64,000 bases of DNA from Corallococcus sp. AS-1-6. GTDB taxonomy: Bacteria; Myxococcota; Myxococcia; Myxococcales; Myxococcaceae. The stretch is taken from positions 179,886 to 243,885 of the forward strand of contig NZ_JAIQDE010000007.1 of assembly GCF_020037015.1 (NCBI RefSeq), written 5' to 3'. The translations under genes were made by a program, and so were the position numbers. Positions 9,939 to 20,590 of the stretch are shown piece by piece. Every line of letters starts with the position of its first letter. The first letter of the stretch is position 1. Below the pieces are notes generated by a model. The model was not told the DNA's origin. It saw nothing but the letters and a program-made list of their open reading frames with translations, and searched no databases.

Positions 9939-10964
9939 ATGAACGTCCTGGTGACAGGGGGCTGCGGCTTCATCGGCTCCAACCTGGTGAAGTACCTCCG
10001 CCGCGAGCGGCCCGACTGGAAGATCATCAACCTCGACAAGCTCACGTACGCGGGCAACCTCGAGACCCTCGCCGACCTGGAAGGCGACCCGAAGCACGTC
10101 TTCGTGCGCGGCGACATCGGCAACCGGGAGCTGGTGGAGCACCTGCTCGTCCAGCACGGCGTCGACGCCGTGATGCACCTGGCGGCCGAGAGCCACGTGG
10201 ACCGCTCCATCCTGGGCCCGGAGGTGTTCATCAACACCAACGTGCTGGGCACCCAGCAGCTCCTGGAGGCCTGCCGCGCCCGGGGCGTGAAGCGCTTCCT
10301 GATGGTCTCCACCGACGAGGTCTACGGCTCGCTGGGCCCCACGGGCGCCTTCACGGAGACCTCTCCGCTGCAGCCCTCCAGCCCGTACTCCGCCTCCAAG
10401 ACGTCCTCGGACCTCATCGCGCTGGCCTACCACCACACGTTCAAGATGGACGTGGTGGTGACGCGCTGCTCGAACAACTACGGCCGCTACCAGTTCCCGG
10501 AGAAGCTCATCCCGCTGATGGTGGTGAACGCGCTGCACGACAAGCCGCTGCCCGTCTACGGCGACGGCGCCAACGTGCGCGACTGGCTCCACGTGGAGGA
10601 CCACTGCCAGGGCCTGCTGGTGGCGCTGGAGAAGGGCCGTGCGGGCGAGGTCTACAACATCGGCGGCGGCTCCGAGCGGCGCAACATCGAGATCGTCAAG
10701 GGCATCCTGGGCCTCTTGAAGAAGCCCGAGTCGCTCATCCAGTACGTGGCGGACCGGCCCGGCCATGACCGGCGCTACGCCATCGACCCCACGAAGATCC
10801 GCACGGAGCTGGGCTATCAGCCGAAGCACACCTTCGAGCAGGGGCTGGCGGAGACGGTGACCTGGTACATGGAGAACCGCGCCTGGTGGGAGCGCGTCAC
10901 CAGCGGCGCCTACCGCCAGTACTTCGACACCCAGTACAAGGCCCGTCTGCAGGGGCGGGGTTAG
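9939..10964 (+). CDS. rfbB: dTDP-glucose 4,6-dehydratase
   Basis: MNVLVTGGCGFIGSNLV... carries the GxxGxxG NAD motif and the YxxxK signature (YSASKTSSDL). It is 342 aa and first in a canonical rfbBDAC order. Confidence 0.9.
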   Translation: MNVLVTGGCGFIGSNLVKYLRRERPDWKIINLDKLTYAGNLETLADLEGDPKHVFVRGDIGNRELVEHLLVQHGVDAVMHLAAESHVDRSILGPEVFINTNVLGTQQLLEACRARGVKRFLMVSTDEVYGSLGPTGAFTETSPLQPSSPYSASKTSSDLIALAYHHTFKMDVVVTRCSNNYGRYQFPEKLIPLMVVNALHDKPLPVYGDGANVRDWLHVEDHCQGLLVALEKGRAGEVYNIGGGSERRNIEIVKGILGLLKKPESLIQYVADRPGHDRRYAIDPTKIRTELGYQPKHTFEQGLAETVTWYMENRAWWERVTSGAYRQYFDTQYKARLQGRG

Positions 10965-10968
10965 CGCC

Positions 10969-11868
10969 ATGCGCTTCGTCGTCACGGGGGCCAACGGCCT
11001 GGTGGGCAGCCGCGTCTGCGCGCAGTTGACCGAGCGCGGACACGAAGTCGTGGGCCTGGGGCGCGGGCCCCGGCGCACGGGGGGCACGCACGGCTACGTG
11101 GAGGTGGACCTCACGCGCGAGCAGGACGTGGCCTCGGCCATCGCCCAGGCCCGTCCGGAGGCCATCATCCACCCCGCCTCCATGACGGAGGTGGACGCGT
11201 GTGAGAAGGACCCGGACGCGGCCTACGCGGCGAACGTCCACGCCACCGCGGCGGTGGCCCGCGCGGCGAAGGCGGCGGGCGCGCACCTGGTGCACGTCTC
11301 CACGGACTACGTCTTCGACGGGGACGCGGGGCCTTATTCGGAGGACGCGCTGCCCAACCCGCGCGGCGTCTACGCGCTGACCAAGCACATGGCGGAGCAG
11401 GCGGCGCGCGTCTTCGTGCCGGGCTGCGCCATCGCGCGCACCGCGGTGGTGTACGGCTGGCCCGCGGCGGGGCGCCCCAACTTCGGGGCCTGGCTGGTGG
11501 GGGCGCTGGAGAAGGGCCAGCCGGTGAAGCTCTTCGAGGACCAGGTGGTGTCCCCCAGCTTCGCGGACAGCGTGGCCGCCATGCTGGTGGAGCTGGGCGA
11601 GCGGCGGCTCGGCGGCGTGTGGAACACCTGCGGCGGCACGGTCATCGACCGGGTGGGCTTCGGCCGGGCGCTCTGCGAGGTGTTCGGCTTCGACGCGTCG
11701 CTCATCACCCCCACGCGGATGGCGGACCTGAAGCTGGCCAGCCCCCGCCCGCTGCGAAGCGGCCTCAAGACGGACAAGGTTCGTACGGAGCTGAAGGCCC
11801 AACCGCTGGAGCTGGCGGAGTCCCTGGCGCGCTTCCACGCGGCCTGGAAGGCGCACCGCGCCGGTTGA
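10969..11868 (+). CDS. rfbD: dTDP-4-dehydrorhamnose reductase
   Basis: [16 protein letters not shown]... 299 aa. It lies immediately after rfbB and has the typical RmlD length and motifs. Confidence 0.85.
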   Translation: MRFVVTGANGLVGSRVCAQLTERGHEVVGLGRGPRRTGGTHGYVEVDLTREQDVASAIAQARPEAIIHPASMTEVDACEKDPDAAYAANVHATAAVARAAKAAGAHLVHVSTDYVFDGDAGPYSEDALPNPRGVYALTKHMAEQAARVFVPGCAIARTAVVYGWPAAGRPNFGAWLVGALEKGQPVKLFEDQVVSPSFADSVAAMLVELGERRLGGVWNTCGGTVIDRVGFGRALCEVFGFDASLITPTRMADLKLASPRPLRSGLKTDKVRTELKAQPLELAESLARFHAAWKAHRAG

Positions 11869-11939
11869 GCATCCGCGCGTGGCGGCCGGGCCGCGCGCAT
11901 CCGTTTCGCGGCCGCGCCGTGGAACACAGGGGAGCACGC

Positions 11940-12821
11940 ATGAAGGGAATCATTCTGGCCGGGGGTTCGGGCACGCGCCTGTACCCGCTGACGCGCGTGG
12001 TGAGCAAGCAACTGCTGCCCGTCTACGACAAGCCGATGATCTACTACCCGCTGACGACGCTGATGCTGGCGGGCATCCGGGAGATCCTCGTCATCTCCAC
12101 GCCGCAGGACCTGCCGCGCTTCCGCGAGCTGCTGGGCGACGGGGAGCAGTGGGGCATCCGCCTCCAGTACGCCGAGCAGCCGCGCCCGGAGGGCCTGGCG
12201 CAGGCGTTCGTCATCGGCCGGGACTTCGTGGGCAAGGATCCGGTGTCGCTCATCCTGGGTGACAACATCTTCTACGGCCACGGCATGGGGGAGCTCACGC
12301 AGCGCGCGTCGAAGCGCACGCAGGGCGCCACGGTGTTCGGCTACTACGTGAAGGATCCGGAGCGCTACGGCGTGGTGGAGCTCAACGCCCAGCACAAGGC
12401 CGTCAGCATCGAGGAGAAGCCGGCGAAGCCCAAGTCGCACTACGCCGTCACGGGCCTGTACTTCTACGACAACCAGGTCATCGACATCGCGGCGAACCTC
12501 AAGCCGGGCAAGCGCGGCGAGTACGAAATCACCGACGTCAACGCGGAGTACCTGCGCCGCGGCCAGCTCAACGTGGAGCTGATGGGACGCGGCTATGCGT
12601 GGCTGGACACCGGCACGCACGAGTCGCTGATGCAGGCCTCCAACTACATCGAGATCATCGAGCGCCGTCAGGGCCTCAAGGTGGCCTGTCCGGAGGAGAT
12701 CGCCTTCCGCATGGGCTACATCGACGAGCAGCGGCTGACGGCGCTGGCGGAGCCCATGCGCAAGAACGAATACGGCCAGTACCTGTTGGACCTGGTGGAG
12801 AAGCGGGGGGCGGTGTCGTGA
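11940..12821 (+). CDS. rfbA: Glucose-1-phosphate thymidylyltransferase
   Basis: [18 protein letters not shown]...[11 protein letters not shown] is the hallmark RmlA N-terminus. It is 293 aa. Confidence 0.9.
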   Translation: MKGIILAGGSGTRLYPLTRVVSKQLLPVYDKPMIYYPLTTLMLAGIREILVISTPQDLPRFRELLGDGEQWGIRLQYAEQPRPEGLAQAFVIGRDFVGKDPVSLILGDNIFYGHGMGELTQRASKRTQGATVFGYYVKDPERYGVVELNAQHKAVSIEEKPAKPKSHYAVTGLYFYDNQVIDIAANLKPGKRGEYEITDVNAEYLRRGQLNVELMGRGYAWLDTGTHESLMQASNYIEIIERRQGLKVACPEEIAFRMGYIDEQRLTALAEPMRKNEYGQYLLDLVEKRGAVS

Positions 12822-13363
12822 AGGTCACCCCGCTGGCGATTCCGGACGTCCTGCTCATCGAGCCGAAGGTGTTCGGCGACGACCGGGGCTTCTTCCTCGA
12901 GTCCTTCCACGCGAAGCGCTACGCGGACGTGGGCGTCGTGGGACCGTTCGTGCAGGACAACCTGTCGCGCTCGGTGAAGGGCACGCTGCGAGGGCTGCAC
13001 TTCCAGGAGCCGAACGCGCAGGGCAAGCTGGTGCAGTGCCTGGCGGGCGCGGTGTGGGACGTGGCGGTGGACATCCGCAAGGGGTCGCCCACGTTCGGCC
13101 GCTGGGTGGCCGCGGAGCTGACGGGCGAGAACAAGCACCAGCTCTGGGTGCCGGCGGGCTTCGCGCACGGGTTCTGCGTGGTGAGCGACTCGGCGGACTT
13201 CTTCTACAAGTGCACGGCGCTGTACTCCCCGGAGTCCGAGCGCAGCGTGGTCTGGAATGATCCGGACCTGGCCATCCCCTGGCCCGTGAAGGAGCCCCTG
13301 CTCTCGCCCAAGGATCAGCGCGCGCCCCGGCTGAAGGACGCGCCCGTGCTGCCCGTCTTCTGA
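12818..13363 (+). CDS. rfbC: dTDP-4-dehydrorhamnose 3,5-epimerase
   Basis: GTG start overlaps the rfbA stop (GTGA). [13 protein letters not shown] and [11 protein letters not shown] are RmlC cupin motifs. It is 181 aa. Confidence 0.85.
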   Translation: MKVTPLAIPDVLLIEPKVFGDDRGFFLESFHAKRYADVGVVGPFVQDNLSRSVKGTLRGLHFQEPNAQGKLVQCLAGAVWDVAVDIRKGSPTFGRWVAAELTGENKHQLWVPAGFAHGFCVVSDSADFFYKCTALYSPESERSVVWNDPDLAIPWPVKEPLLSPKDQRAPRLKDAPVLPVF

Positions 13364-13509
13364 CGTGAAAGGCGGCCGGGCAGGCGTGGCGTGGGGGGCT
13401 TGCCATTCCTCTCCTCCTGCGCGGTGAGCAGGCAGGGGGGCGGGCCTCGTCCCGGGGGTGGAAGCCAGCCGGGGGATGGAATGCCCAATCTCCTCCAAGG
13501 AGGAGACGC

Positions 13510-14571
13510 ATGGTCCTGCCCGGCAGGGGAATGAGTTGGAAGGAGTTCTTCAAATCCCTCAAGGACGAGTGGGGGCGCGACAACGTGGGCAACGTCGCGG
13601 GGGCGCTGACGTTCCAGAGCATCCTCGCGCTCTTCCCGTTCTTGCTGTTCCTCGTGTCGCTCGCGGGCGTGCTGATTGATCCGCACCAGGCGCAGCAGCT
13701 CATCCAGGAGCTGTCGAAGGTGGCGCCGCAGGAGGTGACGAAGATCCTCGGCGAGCGCCTGGAGGCGCTGGCGAGCAGCAATCCGGTGGGGCTCCTGACC
13801 ATCGGTGGCGTGGGCGCCATCTGGGCGGCGTCGGGCGGTGTGGTGGCGCTGATGGAGGCGCTCAACACGGTCTACGGCGTGACGGAGAAGCGCCCGTTCT
13901 GGAAGAAGCGCGGCATCGCGCTCCTGACGACGCTGGGGACGGCGGTGACGGTGGTGCTGGCGGCGCTGGTCGCCATCGTGACGCCGGCCATCGCGAACAA
14001 GCTGGGCGAGCCGTTCACCAGCATCGTGCTGTGGCTGCGCATGCCGGTGGCGGGCCTGCTGATGATGCTGCTCCTGGCGGTGCTGTACTACGTGCTGCCG
14101 GACGTGAAGCAGAAGTTCAAGTTCATCACCCCGGGGTCGGTGGTGAGCGTGATCATCTGGGTCATCGCCTCGTGGGGCTTCTCGAAGTACGTGTCGAACT
14201 TCGGCTCGTATGACGTGAACTACGGCGCCATCGGCGGTGTCATCGTGATGCTGCTGTGGATGCAGATCTCCTGCATGGTCGTGCTGCTGGGCGCGGAGAT
14301 CAACGGCATCCTCGAGCACAAGTCGCCGGAAGGGAAGTCGCCGGGCGCGCGAGACCCGAACGCGCCGGGACCGAACGTGACGAAGTCGGAGGCGGAGGAG
14401 CGGGGCGCGAGCCTGCCCGGCGCCACGGACTTCCGTCCCATCCCGCCCGAGCCGCGTTACGAGAGCCGCCCGGTGGCGCTGAGCAAGACGCCGCTGGCCG
14501 CCGCGGCGAAGTGGGCGGCGGGCGTGGGCCTGGGCGTGTTCCTGATGCGCCGCAGGTCCGCCGCGCGGTAG
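13510..14571 (+). CDS. YihY/BrkB (virulence factor BrkB / ribonuclease BN-like) family inner-membrane protein
   Basis: NVAGALTFQSILALFPFLL is the family signature. It has six TM helices. An alternative start is at 13531. Confidence 0.75.
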   Translation: MVLPGRGMSWKEFFKSLKDEWGRDNVGNVAGALTFQSILALFPFLLFLVSLAGVLIDPHQAQQLIQELSKVAPQEVTKILGERLEALASSNPVGLLTIGGVGAIWAASGGVVALMEALNTVYGVTEKRPFWKKRGIALLTTLGTAVTVVLAALVAIVTPAIANKLGEPFTSIVLWLRMPVAGLLMMLLLAVLYYVLPDVKQKFKFITPGSVVSVIIWVIASWGFSKYVSNFGSYDVNYGAIGGVIVMLLWMQISCMVVLLGAEINGILEHKSPEGKSPGARDPNAPGPNVTKSEAEERGASLPGATDFRPIPPEPRYESRPVALSKTPLAAAAKWAAGVGLGVFLMRRRSAAR

Positions 14572-14625
14572 GCCGTGTCGTCCATCTGCGGGCGGTCCTC
14601 GAAAGGGGGCCGCCCGTCGTCATTT

Positions 14626-15111
14626 TCACGGCAGGGGGGAGGTGACGTAGTCCACCCCGTCGGAGTGGCAGCCGTGACAGGTCGAGTGGGCGCGGCCGTA
14701 GTAGTTCCGGGTGTAGTCGGGCCCGAAGCCCTCGTAGAAGATCCAGGTGTCCTTGCCGGGGCCTTCCGAGACCTTCACGTCCAGCGCGTGACCCCGGAGC
14801 GTCTTCCCGTCGTCCTCGAAGAGCTCCTTCACCAGGATGCTGCCCACGGGATGCGTGGCGTTGCCGTCGCGCAGCGAACGCGCGACGACGTCGTTGAAGA
14901 ACACGCGGACCTTGCTGCCATGGGGCGCGCGTGTGTCGTGGACCGAGGGCTCCGCGAGCCAGGAGGTGTACTGGCCCGAGCGGACGAAGGCGGTGATGCC
15001 GGTCTCGGACGTGTCGATGCCCTGGACGACGCCGAGGCCCTCGTCCACGGAGGAGGAGGGGCCGCAGGCGGCGGCGAACAGGACCATGAGCGGCAGCAGG
15101 TGGGCGCGCAT
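14626..15111 (-). CDS. Lipoprotein with a single C-terminal CxxCH haem motif (cytochrome P460 / cytochrome c'-beta family candidate)
   Basis: 161 aa. It has a signal peptide with a lipobox (AAACG) and CHGCH near the C-terminus. Size and motif placement fit P460/c'-beta. Confidence 0.45.
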   Translation of the reverse strand: MRAHLLPLMVLFAAACGPSSSVDEGLGVVQGIDTSETGITAFVRSGQYTSWLAEPSVHDTRAPHGSKVRVFFNDVVARSLRDGNATHPVGSILVKELFEDDGKTLRGHALDVKVSEGPGKDTWIFYEGFGPDYTRNYYGRAHSTCHGCHSDGVDYVTSPLP

Positions 15112-15159
15112 GGCCAGGACTACGCAGGGGGCGAGGGGGCGGTTACAGCAGGGCCCGGC

Positions 15160-15780
15160 TCAGCGCGGCGCGTAGTTGTGGCTCAGTTCGAAGACGAGCG
15201 TCTTCACGATGGGCGGGATGGAGAGCTCGATGCGGCCCCGGTTCAGGTCGCCGTGGGTGACCTGGTAGGAGAGGCCGCCGAACTCGTCATCGAAGGTGTA
15301 GTTGTCGTTGTCGAAGATGGAGATTTCGAGCGGGTAGCGCAGCAGGTTGGAGGTGATGATCTGGCAGCCGCCGGAGCGCCATTCGGGATCCCAGCTCTCG
15401 CTTTCCTCGGTGCGGGTGCGTTCGGGAGCGGAGGGGCAGTTCATCTCCACGACGACGTCCGGCGGGGAGCCGTCGGAGTCCCAGTCCTCGCCCGTGTCCG
15501 GGTCGACGTCCGCGATGGTGGCGTACCGGGGCTGGATGAAGGTGCGCATCACGCCCACGTAGCAGGTGTGCTGGTCGAGCCGGCAGACACTGCCCTCCGC
15601 GCAGGGTTCACAGACGCTGCCATCGGGGCCGCATTCCGAGTCGCTCCGGAACGAGATGCACTCGTTGAACGAGGAGCAGCACCCATCCGCGCAGTTCTCC
15701 GGGGTGCAGTCGTAGGGACCGCAGGCGGGGAGCCACAGCGCGCACATCAGGATGAACAGCCAACCGCCGAGGACTTTCAT
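15160..15780 (-). CDS. Cysteine-rich secreted lipoprotein, hypothetical
   Basis: 206 aa. Lipobox LPACG. There are more than 18 Cys in the first 90 mature residues, then an acidic region. Confidence 0.5.
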   Translation of the reverse strand: MKVLGGWLFILMCALWLPACGPYDCTPENCADGCCSSFNECISFRSDSECGPDGSVCEPCAEGSVCRLDQHTCYVGVMRTFIQPRYATIADVDPDTGEDWDSDGSPPDVVVEMNCPSAPERTRTEESESWDPEWRSGGCQIITSNLLRYPLEISIFDNDNYTFDDEFGGLSYQVTHGDLNRGRIELSIPPIVKTLVFELSHNYAPR

Positions 15781-15803
15781 GAGCGCGGTGAACGCTACCC
15801 GCT

Positions 15804-16312
15804 TCAGGGCCTTCCGTCCCGGGCCTTGCGTGCGATGGCTTTCTCGTAGGTGGCCTGAAGCTCCCGGAACACCGAGCGGGGAGGGCGCGGCGCGTCCAGG
15901 TGCAGGTGACGCAACTCCTTCATGAACGCGTCCCAGAGGGGCGGGCCGCCCTTTTCAAGCAGCTCCGCGCGCACCGAAAGCTCCTCGGTCACCTGCGTGT
16001 GCCGGCGGCCCCAGGCGCCCATGTGCGCGAGCAGGGGCACCAATTGGATGGACGCCTCCGTGAGGCTGTAGATGCCCTTCTGCTGGTGGTTCGGATCCGG
16101 GCGGCGCGACAGCAGCCCGGACGCGGTCAGGCGCTTCAGCCGGTCCGCGAGGATGTTGGAGGCGATGCCCTCCTCGCTCCGTGAAAGCAGGTCGCCGTAG
16201 CTGCGCCGGTTCCCGAACATGACGTCGCGGATGACGATCAGGCTCCAGCGGTCGCCGAGCTGTTCGAGCGTCAGGTTGATGGGGCAGCCGGAGCGCCCTG
16301 TCTGCGGCATGG
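15804..16312 (-). CDS. HxlR-family winged-helix transcriptional regulator
   Basis: Start at MPQTGRSGCPINLTLEQLGDRWSLIVIRDV (canonical HxlR N-terminus). It is divergent from the GST gene. Confidence 0.75.
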
Positions 16313-16394
16313 CCGTGCTCCTGGGGTTGCTGCTTGCAGTATGCAAGGGGTCGAAATACGGTTCAACTCGTTGTGAAACACAAGGGGTCGGACG

Positions 16395-17054
16395 ATGTCG
16401 CTCGCGGTCTACGGTCACTACTTCTCTTCGTACACGCAGAAGGTGCTCATCGCGCTGTATGAGAACGGAACGCCCTTCGAGTTTCGAAGCATCAGCCCGG
16501 AGACGCCGGAGCACTCAGCCGAGTGGCTGCGCCGCTGGCCGCTGCGCAAGTTCCCGCTGCTGGTGGACGGTGACCGTCAGGTCGTCGAGACGAGCATCAT
16601 CATCGAGTACCTCCAGCTCAAGCATCCCGGGCCGGTGCGCCTGCTGCCCGAGGATCCGATGGCCGCGCTGGACGTGCGGTTCCTCGACCGGTTCTTCGAC
16701 CTGCACGTCATGAACGCGGCCCAGCACGCCGTGGACGGGGCGTTGACGGGGGACCCGGTGAAGCGCCAGGACGGGATGAAGCTGGCGGTGGAGAAGCTGG
16801 AGCGCGCCTACGGCTGGATTGAAGGGCAGTTGGGGGGCAGTATCTGGGCGGCGGGCAACGACTTCACGTTGGCGGACTGTGCGGCGGCGCCGTCGCTGTT
16901 CTACGCGGACTGGACGCACCGGATTCCCGAGTCGTGCCCCCAACTGCGCGCCTATCGCGCGAGGTTGCTCGCGCGTCCGTCGGTGGCCCGCGCGGTGGAC
17001 GGGGGCCGGCCGTATCGGCATCTCTTCCCGCTGGGAGCGCCAGACCGCGATTGA
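16395..17054 (+). CDS. Glutathione S-transferase
   Basis: The N-terminal thioredoxin-like domain (LAVYGHYFSSYTQKVLIAL, FPLLVDGD) and a C-terminal alpha domain are present. It is 219 aa. Confidence 0.8.
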   Translation: MSLAVYGHYFSSYTQKVLIALYENGTPFEFRSISPETPEHSAEWLRRWPLRKFPLLVDGDRQVVETSIIIEYLQLKHPGPVRLLPEDPMAALDVRFLDRFFDLHVMNAAQHAVDGALTGDPVKRQDGMKLAVEKLERAYGWIEGQLGGSIWAAGNDFTLADCAAAPSLFYADWTHRIPESCPQLRAYRARLLARPSVARAVDGGRPYRHLFPLGAPDRD

Positions 17055-17131
17055 GCGCGGGTCAGGGCCGACGGGAACTGCTGCGGAAGCATGCGGCCTG
17101 ATTACGACCCATCCGGTGTCTCAACACGCCG

Positions 17132-18130
17132 GTGCGGTACATGCCCCAGGAAGCGATACCGTGGCATGGTCTGCTATGCATACGCCCCGTGACATCCCAA
17201 GTCGGCAAATACCAGCGCATCCGCCTGCTCGCTGAAGGCATCATCGAGGACTATCTGGCCAGGGCCGACGGTCCGCAGGGCATCGAGAAGACGCTGGTGC
17301 TCCAATGCCTCCGCACGGACATGGCCGAGCAGGTGGATTTCCCGGAGATCTTCCTAGACACGGCGAGAAGCGCCGCCCGGCTCACGCACCCGCACCTCGT
17401 GAAGGCCTTCGACGTGGGTGAGGCGGACGGCACGTACTTCCTCGCCAGGGAGCACATCGACGGGCCCAGCCTGCGCAGGGTGATCCAACACCTGGTGGCT
17501 CAGCGGATGACCCTGGCGGCGACTCTATGCGCGCGCATCATCTCGCAAGCCTGCGAGGGGCTCGCCTATGCCCATGACCTCACCGACCCGAAAACGCACG
17601 AGCCGCTGAGGCTCATCCACCGACACATCAGGGCGTACAATATCCTCCTGTCGCGCCAGGGGACGACCCAGGTGGTGGACTTCGGCATCGACGATTTCCG
17701 CGATCGATGGGCTCCCCGACACCTCATCCCTAACCTGAGCAAGTACAGGTACATGGCGACCGAGGAGGCCAGGGGCGTGCCGGTGGATCGGCGGGTGGAC
17801 GTATACGCGCTCGGTGTGGCGCTCTACGAGTTGCTCACCACGCGCAGGCCCTTTGATTCCACGCCCGACGGGGGCTTGTTTCAGGCCGCCTTGTTCGAAC
17901 CCATCGTGCCCGCCGAGCAGTACCGGCCAGACCTGCCCGATTCCCTTCGAGCCATTCTCGCCCGGGCGCTCGCGAAGGAGCGGGAGCAGCGCTACCCGGA
18001 CTGCCACGCGTTCCGGAAGGGCCTGGAGGACTTCATCCTCTCGGAAGGGGAGCCGGTGACTTCGCGGCAGTTGGCCCGGTTCGTCCAGCAGGTCACCGCG
18101 AGCGACGATTCCATCCCTCGCCCGTCATGA
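17132..18130 (+). CDS. Ser/Thr protein kinase-like protein with degenerate catalytic motifs (probable pseudokinase)
   Basis: The kinase fold is recognisable. The DFG is present (VVDFGID) and an APE-like loop is present. However HRDLKPEN is replaced by HRHIRAYN, so there is no catalytic Asp. There is no Gly-rich loop or VAIK lysine. Confidence 0.6.
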   Translation: MRYMPQEAIPWHGLLCIRPVTSQVGKYQRIRLLAEGIIEDYLARADGPQGIEKTLVLQCLRTDMAEQVDFPEIFLDTARSAARLTHPHLVKAFDVGEADGTYFLAREHIDGPSLRRVIQHLVAQRMTLAATLCARIISQACEGLAYAHDLTDPKTHEPLRLIHRHIRAYNILLSRQGTTQVVDFGIDDFRDRWAPRHLIPNLSKYRYMATEEARGVPVDRRVDVYALGVALYELLTTRRPFDSTPDGGLFQAALFEPIVPAEQYRPDLPDSLRAILARALAKEREQRYPDCHAFRKGLEDFILSEGEPVTSRQLARFVQQVTASDDSIPRPS

Positions 18131-18160
18131 GCTGATCGAAGACGGGGGGCGCGGTTCGCG

Positions 18161-19612
18161 CTACTCCACCGTGAGCAGGAACTGGGCGGATGCTGGATGG
18201 CCCGTCACCGCGAGGACGCGAGACTCCTCTTTGTCCCATTGCCACGCTTTGCCTTGCGACTGCCAGGAGCAGGGCTCGACGGTGATGGTCAGCGGTCCTG
18301 AGCCCTCGCTCCGGGGCTTGAAGGTCACCTCCAGCTCCGCAGTGGCACCGCTCTCCAGTCCGGCGGTAACCCCCACGAGGTTCACGCGGTGCTCCTCCAC
18401 CATCGGGAGCGGCTGGCAGCGATACCGCACGCTCACGTCCACCACGCGAGCGCCAAGGAGCACTCCAGACACGCGGATCCGCACCGCCTCGCAAGCGGTC
18501 CCATCATTGCGCACCGTCGCCCGCCACGTCTCGGTCACGGGCGAGGACACGGTCAGCGGCGCCGAGGAGTGCTCGGTCCAGTGGATTGCGGGCATCTTGT
18601 AGCCCACGTGCATGAGCGGCGCGCCCGGGCTCACCTGACGGTTCGAGGCGTGGATGCGCAAGGGCTGTCCGGGCTCAGCGGTGAGCAGGAAAAGCGCGTC
18701 ACTGTCCTCGGCGCCCACCCACCACTGGTCAGGCCCTGCGGGCGTCACGGACACGAAGGTGGGCCATTCCCCCGCGAGCGTTTCCAGCACCTGGAGCCCG
18801 GGCAGGGACACCAGGAGGACCTTGTCCTGCACAAAGTGGAGCGCCCGCTCCGAGTCGAGAACGCACACCCCTTTACCGCCCCAGGTCAGTTCAACGTCAT
18901 CTTCGTCCTCATCCTCATCGTTGGACGGGAGGGAGCCGAGCAGGGGGCCGTCGAGCGCGAAGTGGAGGAGCGCCGTCTGCCGGTAGTTGATGACGAGCAG
19001 GAGAAGCACGCCGTGGGGAGTGGCCTGGGCCCGCCAGATGTCCTGCTCACTGCCCGGCTCCACCTGGAGCGCTCCCTCCGGTTGAGCCGCCCCCGGGCGG
19101 AGCACGTAGACGCGGCCTCGTCCCTTCTCCACGACGGTGATGCCAAAGGGGCTCGTGTCGAGGAACGCCCCATCGGGAGACTGACGAGGGGGACTTCCCT
19201 CGGAATACCCGTACCCATGCGTAGCTCTTACGGGCTTGGGCAAGGCCACCGGCTCCCACTGCGGCCCGGACGCATCGGTCATGAAGAGGGTGGCCAACTT
19301 GAGGGCACCGTCCACCACCGTTCCAATGAGCCGGCCCCCATCGGTGATGAGATCGAAGCACTCCCTGGGAAGAGCCTGGACGGAAGCGCTCGCATCGGTG
19401 CCCACGGAGAAGACACGCCGATCCCCACTGCCCACCCAGACGTCCGCTGACTCATTGAGCGCGGCGAGCACCACGGGCGCGGACAGAGGATTCGGAACGT
19501 CTCCACTGACTTCCCGGAGCACACCTTCGGCTCCGTGGAACACGATGAGCCGATGCGGCCTGAGATCGAACAGCCACTGCCCACGGGCCATAAGACGGCG
19601 TCTCGGGTACAT
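18161..19612 (-). CDS. Hypothetical protein
   Basis: 483-aa ORF with normal high-GC composition. No motifs were recognised. The antisense ORFs look like junk. Confidence 0.45.
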   Translation of the reverse strand: MYPRRRLMARGQWLFDLRPHRLIVFHGAEGVLREVSGDVPNPLSAPVVLAALNESADVWVGSGDRRVFSVGTDASASVQALPRECFDLITDGGRLIGTVVDGALKLATLFMTDASGPQWEPVALPKPVRATHGYGYSEGSPPRQSPDGAFLDTSPFGITVVEKGRGRVYVLRPGAAQPEGALQVEPGSEQDIWRAQATPHGVLLLLVINYRQTALLHFALDGPLLGSLPSNDEDEDEDDVELTWGGKGVCVLDSERALHFVQDKVLLVSLPGLQVLETLAGEWPTFVSVTPAGPDQWWVGAEDSDALFLLTAEPGQPLRIHASNRQVSPGAPLMHVGYKMPAIHWTEHSSAPLTVSSPVTETWRATVRNDGTACEAVRIRVSGVLLGARVVDVSVRYRCQPLPMVEEHRVNLVGVTAGLESGATAELEVTFKPRSEGSGPLTITVEPCSWQSQGKAWQWDKEESRVLAVTGHPASAQFLLTVE

Positions 19613-19744
19613 GGTTCTGCATCATACCCGCTGACGCATCGCTTGATGCTGCCTTGGGTTAGACGGGGGCGGTAGTAGGCCTCATCTCCTCATTGCAGAG
19701 GCAAGCGTGTGAAGCTGACGCCGATCGTCTAGAGTGCCTACGCT

Positions 19745-20590
19745 ATGACTGTAAAGTACCCTGATCCATTCTTAGAGGTGAGAGTTGAGCATCTTGAGCT
19801 TCCTCTTCCGTTAACCGGCCTATGTGCCGGATACGAAGGAGGGCAATGGCGAAGTGCTCGTCTAGCAGACCACTTGTTCCAGTGGCTTCCATATGCCGCG
19901 CTCAACCAGGAACATCAGCTTTCATTTGGGCCGCACAATTTTGTCGAAATGCTAAGACTTGCGGCTGCTCACATCTACAACTCACAGAAGACTGAGAGCA
20001 GAGGAGAGTTAGGCGAACTGCTTCTCCACCTTGCCTGTGTTTTGCATTTCGGAGCTGTGCCGGTGCTGTGTAAGTTGATTCTGAAGAGTTCGTCGAACGA
20101 CACCGTGAAGGGGTTTGATGGCGTTCACGTTGTTGCCAAAACGGACGGTTTTGAATTGTGGCTCGGAGAGTCAAAATTCTACACCGACGCAAAGATGGCT
20201 ATTCGTGATGCAGTGGAGTCAGTCAAGAGCCATATCTTGCCGAGTTTCCTCACGGCTGAAAAAGCAATGGTCTTTGGTCATGTGGGGCAAGGCATTCCTC
20301 ACCGAGAAGCTGTTTTGCAACTATTTAAGTCACAAACATCGGGGGATAAGCTTCTGAAATTGGCCGTTTTCCCAGTGTTGGTCGCTTACGAGAGCGTGTC
20401 TGTTGCGAGCTTTGCTGAAGTTTCGGCGGAATATGTCAATAGGCTTGCTGAGGAGGTTGCTGGCTTGAGGGCATATTTTGCTGAGAAGACGCAGGGGTTG
20501 ACGCTGCGGTTTCAGCTTGTTTTTGTTCCCCTGGGAAAGAAGAAGGATGTTGTTGATAGTTTTGATAGAAAGCTGGTGCCCTTCCTATGA
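19745..20590 (+). CDS. HamA-like protein (DUF1837-type, PD-(D/E)xK-like nuclease motif) of a Hachiman-like defence pair
   Basis: 281 aa in a ~50% GC island. FDGVHVV ... ELWLGESKFY forms a D...E.K triad. Its stop overlaps the helicase start (ATGA). Confidence 0.55.
   Translation: MTVKYPDPFLEVRVEHLELPLPLTGLCAGYEGGQWRSARLADHLFQWLPYAALNQEHQLSFGPHNFVEMLRLAAAHIYNSQKTESRGELGELLLHLACVLHFGAVPVLCKLILKSSSNDTVKGFDGVHVVAKTDGFELWLGESKFYTDAKMAIRDAVESVKSHILPSFLTAEKAMVFGHVGQGIPHREAVLQLFKSQTSGDKLLKLAVFPVLVAYESVSVASFAEVSAEYVNRLAEEVAGLRAYFAEKTQGLTLRFQLVFVPLGKKKDVVDSFDRKLVPFL

Noticed and set aside
13486-13503. Palindrome TCTCCTCC-aa-GGAGGAGA just upstream of the YihY start
   Set aside because: The loop is too short for a hairpin. 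The GGAGGAG half is most simply the ribosome-binding site of the following ATG.
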